From Chrysomallon squamiferum (Eukaryota > Animalia > Mollusca), in the NCBI GenBank assembly GCA_012295275.1, contig CM022679.1, forward strand, positions 17,236,001 through 17,300,000: a stretch of 64,000 bases of DNA, in the 5' to 3' direction. Below are positions 1 to 13,358 of the stretch, in pieces; position 1 is the first letter of the stretch, and every line of letters starts with the position of its first letter. The position numbers and the translations under genes were made by a program. A model generated the notes under the pieces. The model did not search any database. It was not told the DNA's origin and saw only the letters and a list, made by a program, of their open reading frames with translations.

Positions 1-282
1 AAATATGAAAAAGAATTAAATTATGTCATATAAATTCACTAAAATTATTTTAAAATGTATTCTGTCATGAAATAAAGAAAAGGACTTTTTTTTTATTGTG
101 AAAATAGGCTGCTGGCCAAATTAAACATCTTGTCTTCACATTTAGTTTTAGTTTTACATAATAAATTACAAAAGACGAGAGCTTGCTTTGCAGGAATCCA
201 TTTTGTTGTGCCAACAGCATTTCCTCCATTTGATTTGTTGTCATATGACAGTTGTAGTAGCAGCTGTACACAGCTTGTCAGA

Positions 283-455
283 TCACACAGACAGAGACAC
301 GAAGCTGTTGTACTGTGAGATGTTTCTCTTGAGGATTTCAGAACAGGGACCCAGAACTCGTTCAAAGCGAGACCTGTCTAGTTTGACACATTTGAGAGGC
401 CCGCGAGCGACAACTGTAGCAGCACGTGGCCGGTCTAACAGCAAAGCTATTTCAC
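283..455 (-). CDS. PRKAR1A: PKA-RI last coding exon ([56 protein letters not shown])
   Basis: ttcag acceptor; second cAMP phosphate-binding cassette; TGA at 285-283. Confidence 0.96.
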
Positions 456-3400
456 CTGAAAAAAATCATTAAAAAGATAATAATTTTTATAAAGTTGGTA
501 AACTGTTTAACAGGCAATGATAGAATTTTATAATTATACATATCTAAAAAGATTTAAATATTAGAAGTAATTTTGTTAAATGCAATGCTGTCAATGTTAG
601 TTCTACGGTCTGTACATTTGTAACTACAGTTGTCTGTATTTTACAATATATTTACATGCATTATATTTATTAGACAAGTGAGTTGTTAAAATCAGATATG
701 CTTTACTAGAATTGTGTGGTGGTAAAGGACAATAAGAAGTATATAAGAATCAGTCTACCTGTGTCCTTCAAATCAGTAGTGTTATGTCCTATATAAACAA
801 CATATATACATACCAAACAGATAATAGCATCTTCATTTTTTTCTTTCCTTTTATCATTAGATACAGATACAGATATATAAATCATTAGAAAAATAGTGTT
901 AAAAATTGTAACTAACCAAAATAATCTGACACTGCTAGTCGGCCAACTTCCACTGGCTCCTCGTTTTCAGCTCGGCGTTGAAGAACAGCAGCAGTCCCCT
1001 GTTTAAACATCGGTTTAATTTTTATATATTACCTTAAAAACAATAATCTCAAAAGCAAAATAAATGTAAAAATGTTCCTGCAACTTGTGATGACATGTAT
1101 ATTAAGATGTAAACTATTAAAATATTTCAGAACAGGTTCACATGACAATACTGTGATGTTTTGGGAAATACATTAAGTAATCTATGGGGAGAAAAAACAA
1201 AAACAAACAAGGATGGATAACTCCTACTGACTTGAAATATTTCTAAGGAAAGACTATCTATTTTTAGCAACATCAGAATATTTATTACTGGTTCATTCAA
1301 ACTTAAATCTTTACTTCAGGGTTTGTATCATTATTTTTATCTTTACATAACAAAAACTTCCAACATTTGGCATTCCCATTTTTGTACTGTAACAAACTTA
1401 ACATACAAAACAAAACAAAATCCTCCCAAAAACCAACCAGTCTTTTAGTCTTTAAGGATTAAAAAAAAAAAAAATTATAATTAAAATAAATAAGGAAAAA
1501 AACCCCAGAAAAAGGTAAACTTTTATAAACTAAGGGAAATTTTTAAAAAAAAAACCCTCAGAGGCCCCAGTGCAAAATAAGAAAGTTCTGTTTTTAAAGA
1601 GAAATGAAGTGACAGTATGACCTAATTTGCACTAACAATAACAAAATGATGCTAACAAGTCTGACAGCATGGTATTTCACTAACCTCCAATATAATGAAG
1701 AAATCATCTCCTGCTTCTCCTTGTCTCACAATTTCCTCTCCATCCTCAAACTGAACTGGCTCAAGTGAGTCAGCAACTGTCAATCTCTCCCACTTATCAA
1801 GATTTTCTGTGTTAAAAATAATTTACATCTTCATTATCTTACAATTCCAGTTAGCCTCAATATATAAACTGAAAACACTTCTTCTCACACAAAACTGATA
1901 AAAAAGTATATAATAATAATAATAATAGTAGTGTGATAATTACAGTAATAATAAATTAATTCAGATAACTAATGATATATATATTTAACATTTATAATTA
2001 ATTTGTATGTTTCAAGTCATGAATTCAAATATACTCATAAATGGGATTATCTGTTCTACTGTATAAATCCTTGTCATATCGAACCATCACCTGCTGAAAA
2101 GTTTTTATTTAGACATAATAATTTTGATCACTGTCCAAAGAATTTGACCATGTTACAATATTTTATATGTATTGCAGAACAGTCTGGGTCAAAATCAATT
2201 TTTGCCATGAAAATAATGAATTAATTTTATTATTTATGTATTCATCTACATAATTAATATTCATATCCAATATGCTTGTCACAATATGCTAAATAGTCAT
2301 TGATAAATAATATTCATTCTTTTTACATTAATTTATGTAAAACAGAAACAAATTTTACCTGAATTATTTATTATTTATAATGTCTACATTTCAACATGTT
2401 CCCAGCTAATTTGACCTCCAGTTATTCACAATCACTCTTACAGCCATGGTAAATAGTTCTTATCACCTTTGGTAGATAAGCATTTAGCTTATTGATATAA
2501 CAGTTCTATGACAGATATCAACTGACATCCAACAAGATTAATATAATCAAAAATGATTTCTAAATTATTAGTCCTAAAATGAGCACAGAACATTTTTATA
2601 AGTAAATATTCTTACCCAGAATTGAGACTTTAGCAAGAAATTCTTCATACATTTTGCGCTTCCTAATAGTGCTGCCCTGAAAACAGTAATTAAATATCCA
2701 AGTTCAGAATATATATTAAAACAATTGATAATTGTAAAGTATTCTTATACGTAATTATATATTATTATTATTTTTTTTTTTTAAAGTTTGTCCACATTCC
2801 CCGTTGCTTCCTTATGATATAGTAAATATAAAATATATATTATATTAAAAGGAAAACAATATTTACTTCTGTTTACTATATTACACATTCTGAGGATCAC
2901 ACATTTTTTTTTAACATTTTACTTATCCAGATTCAAGTAAAACAGAAAGAAAGAAAAAAGTAATACTAACTTTTTTATAAATTAACAATTTACTTATTAA
3001 ACTGATATGTTTCTACAAAATAGAAATTTAAACACAAAAATACTTAAATAGCATTACCATAAGAATTCTTCTGTAGCTGTCTCTGTCTATACCCCATAAC
3101 TTCACATCACTTTTAGCCTGTAGAGAAATCACAAATTTAAATTTAGCCACTAAAACAAACTAGATGATCTGCTCAAATTCCAGACAGAAGCTCCCACCAG
3201 TCTCTACTGAATTACCCAAAGTTGCAAATTTAATTACAGTAGGTTGCATAGAACTATTAATTAATTATAGAGTTTACTGAAAAAGATAGATACATATCCA
3301 CTGATTAGGAGAGCCATGATTAGAATGACAATGCTGTTCCAGTGTACACTGATCACTGATGTCGTAAGAAAGGTTATTTTATGGACAGAATCTTTATGAT

Positions 3401-6400
3401 GTCATACAGTGTTTGCAAATATCAATTACAAAATAATATTTTTGTTTTGTTCGTTATCTTCAGAGTTTTGTATTGGAAATAAGGTGATAATTAGATGAAG
3501 GTTTTCTTCCAGCTGGCAGTTTGTAGTAATTATAGAAAGGCCTCAAGCCACTGAACAATCAGGTCTCACTCTGTCTTTGTTTCTGTCTCTGTTTTTCAAC
3601 AGTGAAAAGGAAAACTTGTTGCATAGCCAACAAACAGTTTTGCCAATTAACCAATACTATTATTTTTTTTTTTTTTTTTTTTTTTTTAATGAAATACTAT
3701 ACTTCCATGACATCTGTTTTGCATTTGTATTCACTTCTCTATCAGTTCAGGGCCAATATAAAGTAAGTTTAAGATTCACTTCATACATATACAGTGATTT
3801 TTAACATTCTTTCACAAAAAGTATTAAAAGTATATGTATTTTGTATTCTGGATATGTAAAAACAAAAATTAAATGCAGCTTGTTGGTGTACTTAAATGAT
3901 TTTGTTCCTTATAAAAATATTTTAACAAAGTATTAAGATTTATTCTAAAATTATTAAAAAACTTCAGCTTGTAATTATACTTATTTCTCTATGTCTTTTG
4001 TGCCTGAAAAATCTAAATCTGAGACTCAGTGTGTTGTGGCACAGCCAGTATAAACAATTTATTACTTACAAATATATAGTGATTGTTCAACTGAATACCA
4101 GTGTTGTAACAGAACTGTACAATGTGGTTTAATACTTAGTTTTTTGTTCTTTTTTCTGTTTGTTTCAGGCCAGAGAAAAGCACCAACAAGTGCCACAGTT
4201 TTTGTCATAGTGATTTGTTTCAACATGTAGTTCTGCTTTTAACAAAATGAAACAACATCCAACACATCTTTATTTAGTGTTTGTTCTTTAAATGTCAGTG
4301 AAAAGCAAACTTGAAATGCAGCAACCTGTAGCATGATTAACAATCACAATTTCATCACTTTGTTTTTGCATGTATATGCATGTATGTACATGTCTGTGCA
4401 TAGATGTACATATTCAAGCAAGCATGTAAAAATATATATATGTCTGTGTATGTGTTATGCGTGTGTATGTTTGTGTGTGTGTGCATGTTGTTTTTGATTT
4501 ACCTTGACTGTGGCTGCCCTAGGGGTTCCATAGATAAGAGCCAGCTCTCCAAAACTACCCCCTTCACCAATTGTTGAGACATGTTCATTATTCACATAAA
4601 CCTAAAAAAACAACCAACCAACAAAATAAATAAATAAATAAATCAATAATAATAATACATAAATAAATAAAAAATATATAAAAATTGTTAGTTTGTACTA
4701 GTGCAAAGACAAATGAAGAAAAAAAACCATAAACACAAAAAAACAACAAAAAAAACAATAAAAAAAAGAGAAAAAAAAATGAAAACAAAGATGTAAAAAA
4801 AATATTGATTTTATATACTCGCATAAAACAGGTAACATATTGATTGTGACTCAAAAGTAAAAGTTTAATATGAAAAAAGAAAGAAAGACGAAAAGCAAAA
4901 ACAAAACTGATGTAAATTCAAAAATTTAGCTTTGTGAAATAATCCAAAATATTATTACTTTTCTACATTTTTATAAACCATTTCAAACCTTAATTAAATA
5001 TTTACAAAAACATTTTCAGAATTTTTAATATACTATATTTTGTGACTATTATTGTTACTGTCTACATTGTATTTAAAAAAGCAACAACATCTGCATCCAG
5101 ATTTAATACCGAATTTTGCCTGATTATTTTCTTTCGTTTATAAAGAGTTAAGTAAACAAATGAATGCCAAGAAATAATGACATTATAAACTTGTAACCAT
5201 AGTGAAGAGTATGTAAAGAAAATTAATGATTCTAGTTATTACTCATGTAAGCACATATGAATATCAATACTTACATCAACCTCTCCCTGATCCAACACAT
5301 AAAAGTTATCACCCTCATCACCTGTTAAATAAACAAGTAAATAAATAAATAAATAAATATGAATTAATGAAATGAATATCTAATTAATAAGATATTTTAA
5401 AATTTATCATCATGATTAGGTATCAAATGTAGGACAGAGTACTGTAATGATTTACCTAAAATATCTCACAAAATTTAGCATCAAGAAAGAAAAAATATAA
5501 AGAAATTCAAAACAACAAAAATACTTATTTAACACCATTTCTTCCTAATTTGTACTGAATGCACACTACAGTACTAATACTGTTAAGAAATGAAAGCATC
5601 TTTAAGTGAGAATTTTTCCTATTTTCTTTCCCTGTAATATTTTTTTTGTATTTTTTTTTTTTCTTTGTTGATAAAACATTGGAAAAAAATAAGAGAGATG
5701 ATAAGCAGACACAATGTTTAATGTTGTTATAAATATTAATGATGCTGATAAACTCTTGTGTTGTCAGTGACTGTTCACATGATAATGATTTCAGTTTGAG
5801 ATTTTTGGAATATGAACAATTTTATATGTCTATATTGTTATTACATTCTGAGACTAGATAGACAGTTAAAAAAGAAATAATCTGTCCTATGTTGCTCTTA
5901 AGAGAAAAATAAGCAAACTTTTATTTAATAACTGTCAAACAGCATAGACACTGAGGAACATTTGAACATAAAGTCAATTTGAATATAACAGATATAATTT
6001 ACAGTTTTAAAATGTCCTTTGACTATTAATGATTGCGTTTCAAGAGATAAAAAAGAAAACTGTCGAGATTTCTTACCCTGTTGTATAATAGTTTCTCCAG
6101 CATGCCGATGAACTTGGAACATAGCATCAAAAATGTCACTGAAGTACAACGAAAAATTTGTCATAAATAGTTAAAAATGTTACAGTAGAAAACAAAAACA
6201 AAAAATAGTAAAAAAAAAGACACTTAACTAAAGAATATGGTCAAATGTAAGATAATATTATAATCATATTTTTAACTAAGTAACATTATGCAAGCATTTT
6301 AAGCCATCAGAAACATCACTGTAAAGAAATTTCAAAATATAGCAACAAATAGGCCAGATTTCTTTGCCTGAATTTTCATTGTTTAAATAATATAAAAATA

Positions 6401-7097
6401 AGTATGTTTGATATTAAAATACATATAAAAGTAAATTATTTTTCATTTGGCATTTAAAAATGAATGTAAAATATTGCAGAATTTTTTGTTCTCCAGTTAT
6501 TATTAAGAAATTACAAAATTAATTAATTTTTGATAAAATGTTTTTAATAACCATGAATAACCAAAACTAAATAGATTCATATTCTTATTCTCTTATTTCT
6601 TATTGTTATTATATAATTTTAAATTCATATTAATTTTGAAAAAAATTCAACTCTTAAATATGACCACAATCATCCTGCTTTCTTTTTTGGGGGTAAAAAT
6701 AACAAATTGTTAAAATGTTTACTATAATCTTAAGTATTTGTAAATTAATTAACATCATTGAAAAATTCAGATTATTAATTAATTTTAACACAAAGTCTTG
6801 ATTTAATGAAAATAATGTACAAATCCCTTATTTCGCTTTATATATATATATTTTTAATGTTTCCATCTTCATTACTGTTATTTTTATGACATGCTGTATG
6901 TTATACTGACATACAGATAAAAAAAACTTACCTTCGTTCATTGTCATCAAGATGAGAGAACAGAACATTCTTTGATATAGCTTTGGACAATGCAGCCATA
7001 GTTTTATAGTCCTTGGGAACAACCTGGAAATCCCAAATATGCAACAAATATATTTCAATTTATAATTTTAACTAAAAAAAATAAACAATATGCAGGC

Positions 7098-7128
<31 letters not shown>

Positions 7129-10100
7129 AACTATGTATCAGCTGATATTAAAGAGGAAGAAAAACAAGTATTAAAACAACTAAAACGATTTCCTGACTTA
7201 GGCAAATAAATCCCGATACCTCTCCTTCCATTTACAGTAGTTAACCAAAAACAACAAGAACGTAGGAAATAAAACTGTCAGCGCTCTGATGTCTTTATAT
7301 ACGTTGGATTAACTCAGTGTTATTAAAAGCCAGTGTAAGATGATCATAGAGAAATCAATGCACTGTGGCTGACTGGTGACAGGTAAACTACACATTACTC
7401 TCAACTAATGAAGTTTCTGTCAACATGCAACCCCATCAAAATAACAACAACTTCTAAGTTTAACAATAAAACACAAGATCATCATTATAGAAAAATAATA
7501 AGATATCTTCTCTCTGATATGGACTGTCCCAACCATCACCTCATTATTAATCTTCAAAATCCTTAACATCTAAGAAAAAAATATTTTTTTACTTTCCTAA
7601 TTAAAAAAAACACAGAAAAAAACCCCATTATCTCTGATTATTTTGGAATTGTTATTAAATAAAATTGTCAATATGCTTTTCATGAGGTAAAGAAATCATA
7701 ACTGAGCAAAATGTTTATTCTAATGTTATATAATTAAAGTCTTGTAAACTGGAGAAGAAATCATTGATCTTTCAAAATAAGACAACTGAGACTCATTTAT
7801 CTGTGTAAATAGACAGTAATGATAGGTTATATCAATACACTATCTTCAGCAAGATAATAATATAAAAATATCTGACAACTTGTTTCAGATAGATAAGTAA
7901 TTTACTTTCACATTTTCTCATTGCCTCATGGTGGTTTTTGTCAGCAAAAAAATATATATACTGAAAAGCTTTATTCCAAATGTTGGTTTGTTTCCACTGA
8001 CAGTTAATGAGGTGTAATAAAATGATTTCTGTCAGATATTGTATCATCTGTTCAAGATTAGATAGCAGAAAATGTTACTTTTTCTGACATTGTCTTTTTC
8101 TTCATACATTATTATTTGTTTAAAAGAGATACATCTCACATCGTCTCAGTGGTGCTAACTGTTAATCTGAATACTGCTCCCACAAGAAATAAAAGAAGTG
8201 GTTTCACAAGCATTTTGGGTGACTATGTCCAGCACTGAACTCAAGTACTTCAAAGATTAACTCTGTCATGAAGGAACATTGTTTAACCTAAGACACAGTG
8301 GAGAATGGAGCTGTCCATGTCAAGTGGTGTACCAGTCAGCAACACACACATTTCTTAGTTAATTGGACAGATATCAAATAATCATAACTTCAAACTGATC
8401 ACTAATTGTTACTGCACATATATAATGTACGAGTCAGTATATCATGATTTTCAGTTTGACAATGTTGCCATCTTGATCACTCAAAAACAAATAATACAGT
8501 TCAAATTTTATCTGATATCGGTATCTTCTAAATATATTCTTTTGATAACATGTGGATTTAAGTTTTTAAATTTATCTTCTACAAACATACTTGTATTTTG
8601 CTGAACATTTGTAAACATCCATTCTATTTTTACTCAAAGAAAAAGTTAACATCATGGTGGTTTACAAAACTTTTAATCATACTTCATTTTAAGTTACTAT
8701 CCATTTCACCTCTCAGTAATAATAATAATAATTTAGGAAAAATACCTGTTAATTTACTTTTATTTTTAAAAATTATAGGGTAAGGTGGGGTAATTCTGGC
8801 CCCTAAGGTATATTATAACTTACAGCCACTATACTGTTCTGTGCAGGCTTCTGGAACTTTGTTGATATAAATAGAACCTTCCTATCTCTCATTAGAACAA
8901 AGGATGTAGGTAATCAACCATTTACATGTGAAGTATAGTGGCCATGAAAGTAGTGAAAACAACAAGGTTGTCCAAAAAAGTGATTTTCAGGTTTCAAAAG
9001 TGAGTGTTATTTTTTTTTTAGTCCTATAGACAGACATGAGGTTAGTGATAACTTATGAGAGGTAAACATATAATCAATTATTAAGTTCTGCAGAAGAAAC
9101 AATTAATATGTGGTAGTTAGGAAAGGTGTTTATGTTTTATTTTACTCCACCACTTGGGGTAATTCTGGCCCCAATGCATGGAGTAAATCAGGGCCTCATT
9201 ATATGGTGGTGAAATCAATAGTTTTGGAATTCTGAGTTTTATTCAAGTTTTTTTGAAGCAATTGAAAGTACATTTTGCTATTATAATATTCAAAAATAAC
9301 ATCTCTTTACATACATTTATATTTCTCTCTTTTTTTTGTTTATTACAGTTTTTTATAAATGTGTGTATGTGTGCATGCACACAAGTCTGTGTTAATCGAA
9401 TGTACATGAACATTTTACAGAAAAAAGTGTCTATATCAAAACACTTTTTTGTAGTAAATAACTGCCTTTAATACATAAATGTAATCTATAGATAGAGTCA
9501 AGAAAAATATTGAATACAAATTGTCTTTAAAATTGTTCAGTATTTTACACCGCCTCTGCTGTTCAATATTTACTATGAAATAAATTAAAAATTATTATCA
9601 TTAAATATCCTTGATAGATTACGCAATTCTACATAAATTATAAATTTTACTGAATAAGATTGTTGTGTTGTTTTTTGTTTTTTTTTCAGTAGAAGTTAAA
9701 TTTAAGATAGTATCTTTCTTAATTAAATTAATTAATTTAGTTTCTTTTTGTAATACAGTATTTTGTATGGCCACTATTATACTGAAGTACACATCACCAT
9801 TATATATTAAAGTTGGGATATTTATTTATGTTTTATTTTTCTTATTTTATTTAATAATACTAAATATCTTGAATCTATTAACTATATAAATATATGTTTT
9901 TTAAATGTGGATAGTTTTAGTGAAACAGCTACAAAAAAGACAATTAGTGCAGTAAGAAAATAAATAAAAGCTAAAGATTAAAACACACCAACAATCACAG
10001 CAAACAGTGACTGACAGAAATAACATCAAGTTTGAGAAATTAAAAAACATATAATAATAATAATAATAATAATAAAAGTATATCTAAAAAATAATTCTGT

Positions 10101-10350
10101 GAATTTTAAATGTACGAATTATATTGAATTCTGTATTTTTAACATCTGAGTTATTTATTTATATGTTTTTTATTAACAAACAATTATCACCATATTTCTT
10201 TTGTATTTATATAGATATACAGGTTGAACATCCTTTAAATGAAATGTCTGAAATGTCTGTTTTTATTTGTTTTTCTAAATGACAAAATATATTTACCCAA
10301 ATTTAGACTAAGTAATAATAATAATAACAAAAACAATCAATCACATAAAA

Positions 10351-10389
<39 letters not shown>

Positions 10390-13323
10390 AAAAGTAAAGA
10401 AAAACTATACACTTTAGAAAGCCTGTTTGGACCAATATAATGAGAACTAATTGCACACAGTGTATTATTTTACCAAATGACACACAGTATATATTTGTGT
10501 AAGTGGTGAAGAGTTTACATTTTCAAATTAGAGTTAAGAATTATCCTCAGTGGTGAAAGAATATTTTACATGTCTCTATGGTGATGAAAACAAAACTTTA
10601 ACCTAAATACATTTTGTGTACTTCCAAGTAATTGTTTTATATCAACATCAGTCTGTGCTAATAATAAGATATGACATTTAAATTAACAGTACTGCAGATG
10701 ATTCTTTTGTGGTGTTTGTTAATATTACTTTTCTGGGGGTTTTGTTTGTTGTTTTTGCTTCGTTTTTATTTTTTGTTATTTTTATATATTTATTTCTGAG
10801 TAAATTGTTGTATTTATCAGATTTCAACATCTTTATACATTATTTTTCCTCACCTTTCTTGCTTGAAAATAGTAAAGAAAATAGCGTGCTTTATTATAAT
10901 TATTTTGCTGTTACAACTTTTTAATTACCTAAATGTAATTAGGCAATTTGCACATACCATCATAGATACCCTTTAAAAAAGTGTTTTCTTATTTATTTAT
11001 TTATTATTATTATTATTTTTTAAAATGTTTCTATCAGAATATATTATTAATAAAACATATTTAGGCTATTTGCATATATAATCACAGGAAATACTTTAAT
11101 TTAAAAATTATTAAACGATTTCTTGCCTTCTTTGTAATGCAACAGTAAGATAATAAAACATACAAGTTGAAAGTGTATGTATTAGTTTTCATAGATTTGG
11201 TATTAGTAACACTCTTAGTAATTCATAACTCTTCTTACCTTATCCTGTAAAATGGAAAGTTGAAAGTTATGAATGATAAATCCTGATGTTAAAAAAACAA
11301 CACAATAACAAAAACAAACATATTTGCTTAATCAATAATAATCAAAGATATAAAAATTTGTGTTTCCAACTTTGTGATGAAATTAACAATTATCAAAAAT
11401 TAATTTATATTGTTCACAGAGATTATTTAAAATGAATGGAATACTGAAATAAAGCACACTGTTTATTTCATTTACTTAAAATAATTAAAAATTATCAAGA
11501 TTACCTGTAAAATGGCTTCATGACAAATAAAATCATAAATAAAAACTCAGTGTATGTTTGATGGTATATACAAATAGCCTAAATAAATATTTTTTATTAC
11601 ATACGAAAACAAAGAAAAACAGCTACATTGAAGATTCGGATATTTTATCATTTCATTTAAATATATTAAATAAAATTGAAAATGTAACTTCAATGCATCA
11701 TCAAGTTTTCATTTTAATATCTTAGTATATTATTAATAAACAGTAAAAAAAAAAAAAAAAAAAAAGAATTGATGTTTAATTTTGTTCTGCTAACTGAAAA
11801 TAATCAGAAATTATAGTTTGGCCTGTTTGCAACTTGTTTAAAATAATGATGAAAATGTGCCACAATATCACATCTGAAAGTAGATGAAAAACAACAAAAA
11901 ACATACTTTTCTTCACATAAATCAAACTAAATGCATGCTTGTAAAAACTCAACAAAACTAAATATTTATTTATTTTTTAATTTTAAGCAACTATTCAAAT
12001 TTGCCAAAGACTATAACAATAGTCAGGGAGTGCTTGCCTGAGGCATGATGACTGCAGATTATTTAACTAATTTATTAGATTATCCACTTGGCTGTTTCCC
12101 AGTATAATAATATATCAAAACCTGAAATATGCATTGTCCTGACAGTGGAAAGATTACATGATAATATGAACAGAATATATAAAATATATTTTACTGCTGA
12201 TCAGAAAGAGAAAGCCCTAGTGTAGTTTCTTCTATAAGTACAAAAATATTTATTCATATCTTCCATTCACCTCAGTCCCCCAGTGTGTGTGTGTGTGTGT
12301 CATATAATAATATATATAAAAAATAATATGAATAAATCAAAATTACATTTTAAATAAAATTAATATTATATTAATTAACAGAAAAAAAGAGAGATCCAAA
12401 ACAGTTTATAGGTTTTGAGATGCAGTTGTCTATTAGTGTAATAAGCCAGTAAATATTGATTGAAAATAGAAAAAAATGAAGAATTTTAAGTAAATCTCAT
12501 TGGAATTATTTAATGTAATTATTTTTACTGACATTATTTAGAACAGTTTTGTAAAATATTCCCAAAGTATTTCATGTTATCATCATCTCAGGTACATTAT
12601 CTTTTAGCCATTTTCAAAATGAAATTACCTAACAGTGACAAAGATGATTGAATTACTGATTTTCAAAAAACATTTTCAACATTTTGAGGATAAAAAAATT
12701 ATCTTTAAGAAATAAGATTGCTACCAGGGATCATGTTGTGACACAAAACGGTTAACAGATAATCTCTGTATCTCATATTAACCCACAGCTAAGTAACATT
12801 ATCTCTGGATAGATAATTTTTTTAAACAGATGAAATTAGACGTCTATTACATTTGAATTATGGTTTTTGGCTTACATTTTGAAACATTTCTCATAATGAA
12901 TATTCTTAATTAAAAAATTTCCGATGTTGATACCTCAGTCAGTGTAAAATGGTAAGACAAACAGAAATGGAATAAAATCTTTTAACAGTACAAAAAATTT
13001 AATAATAATTTTATTACCAGATAAAACAAAACAAAATTTCCTACTTTATTTTGCATCTGGACAATTAACCAAGCAAGATAAAAAAAACAGAGAAGAATAT
13101 TTTTAAAATGTGAGCTCTTTATATAATCTGAAGTGTTTAATTAAGGTGACAACATATAGCTTACCTTTTTGACATACTGAGCAGCATCCTCCTCCTTGTA
13201 GACTTCAGCACTGACCGCTCCTCGTCTCACCCTCTTTGTCACAGGATGTGGAGGTGTAATAGGCATCTCATCCTCTCTCTCATCATTTGGAGGTGTCACT
13301 GATTTGTTTTTCAGGTGTTCCTG

Positions 13324-13358
<35 letters not shown>

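Noticed and set aside
244-285. Stop-codon readthrough extension of PKA-RI
   Set aside because: TGA-T is a non-leaky context and the extension is only 13 codons.
10218-10260. Tigger/pogo-like terminal fragments here and at ~45990-46035
   Set aside because: Short, degenerate, unpaired and 36 kb apart; cannot be supported without a repeat library.
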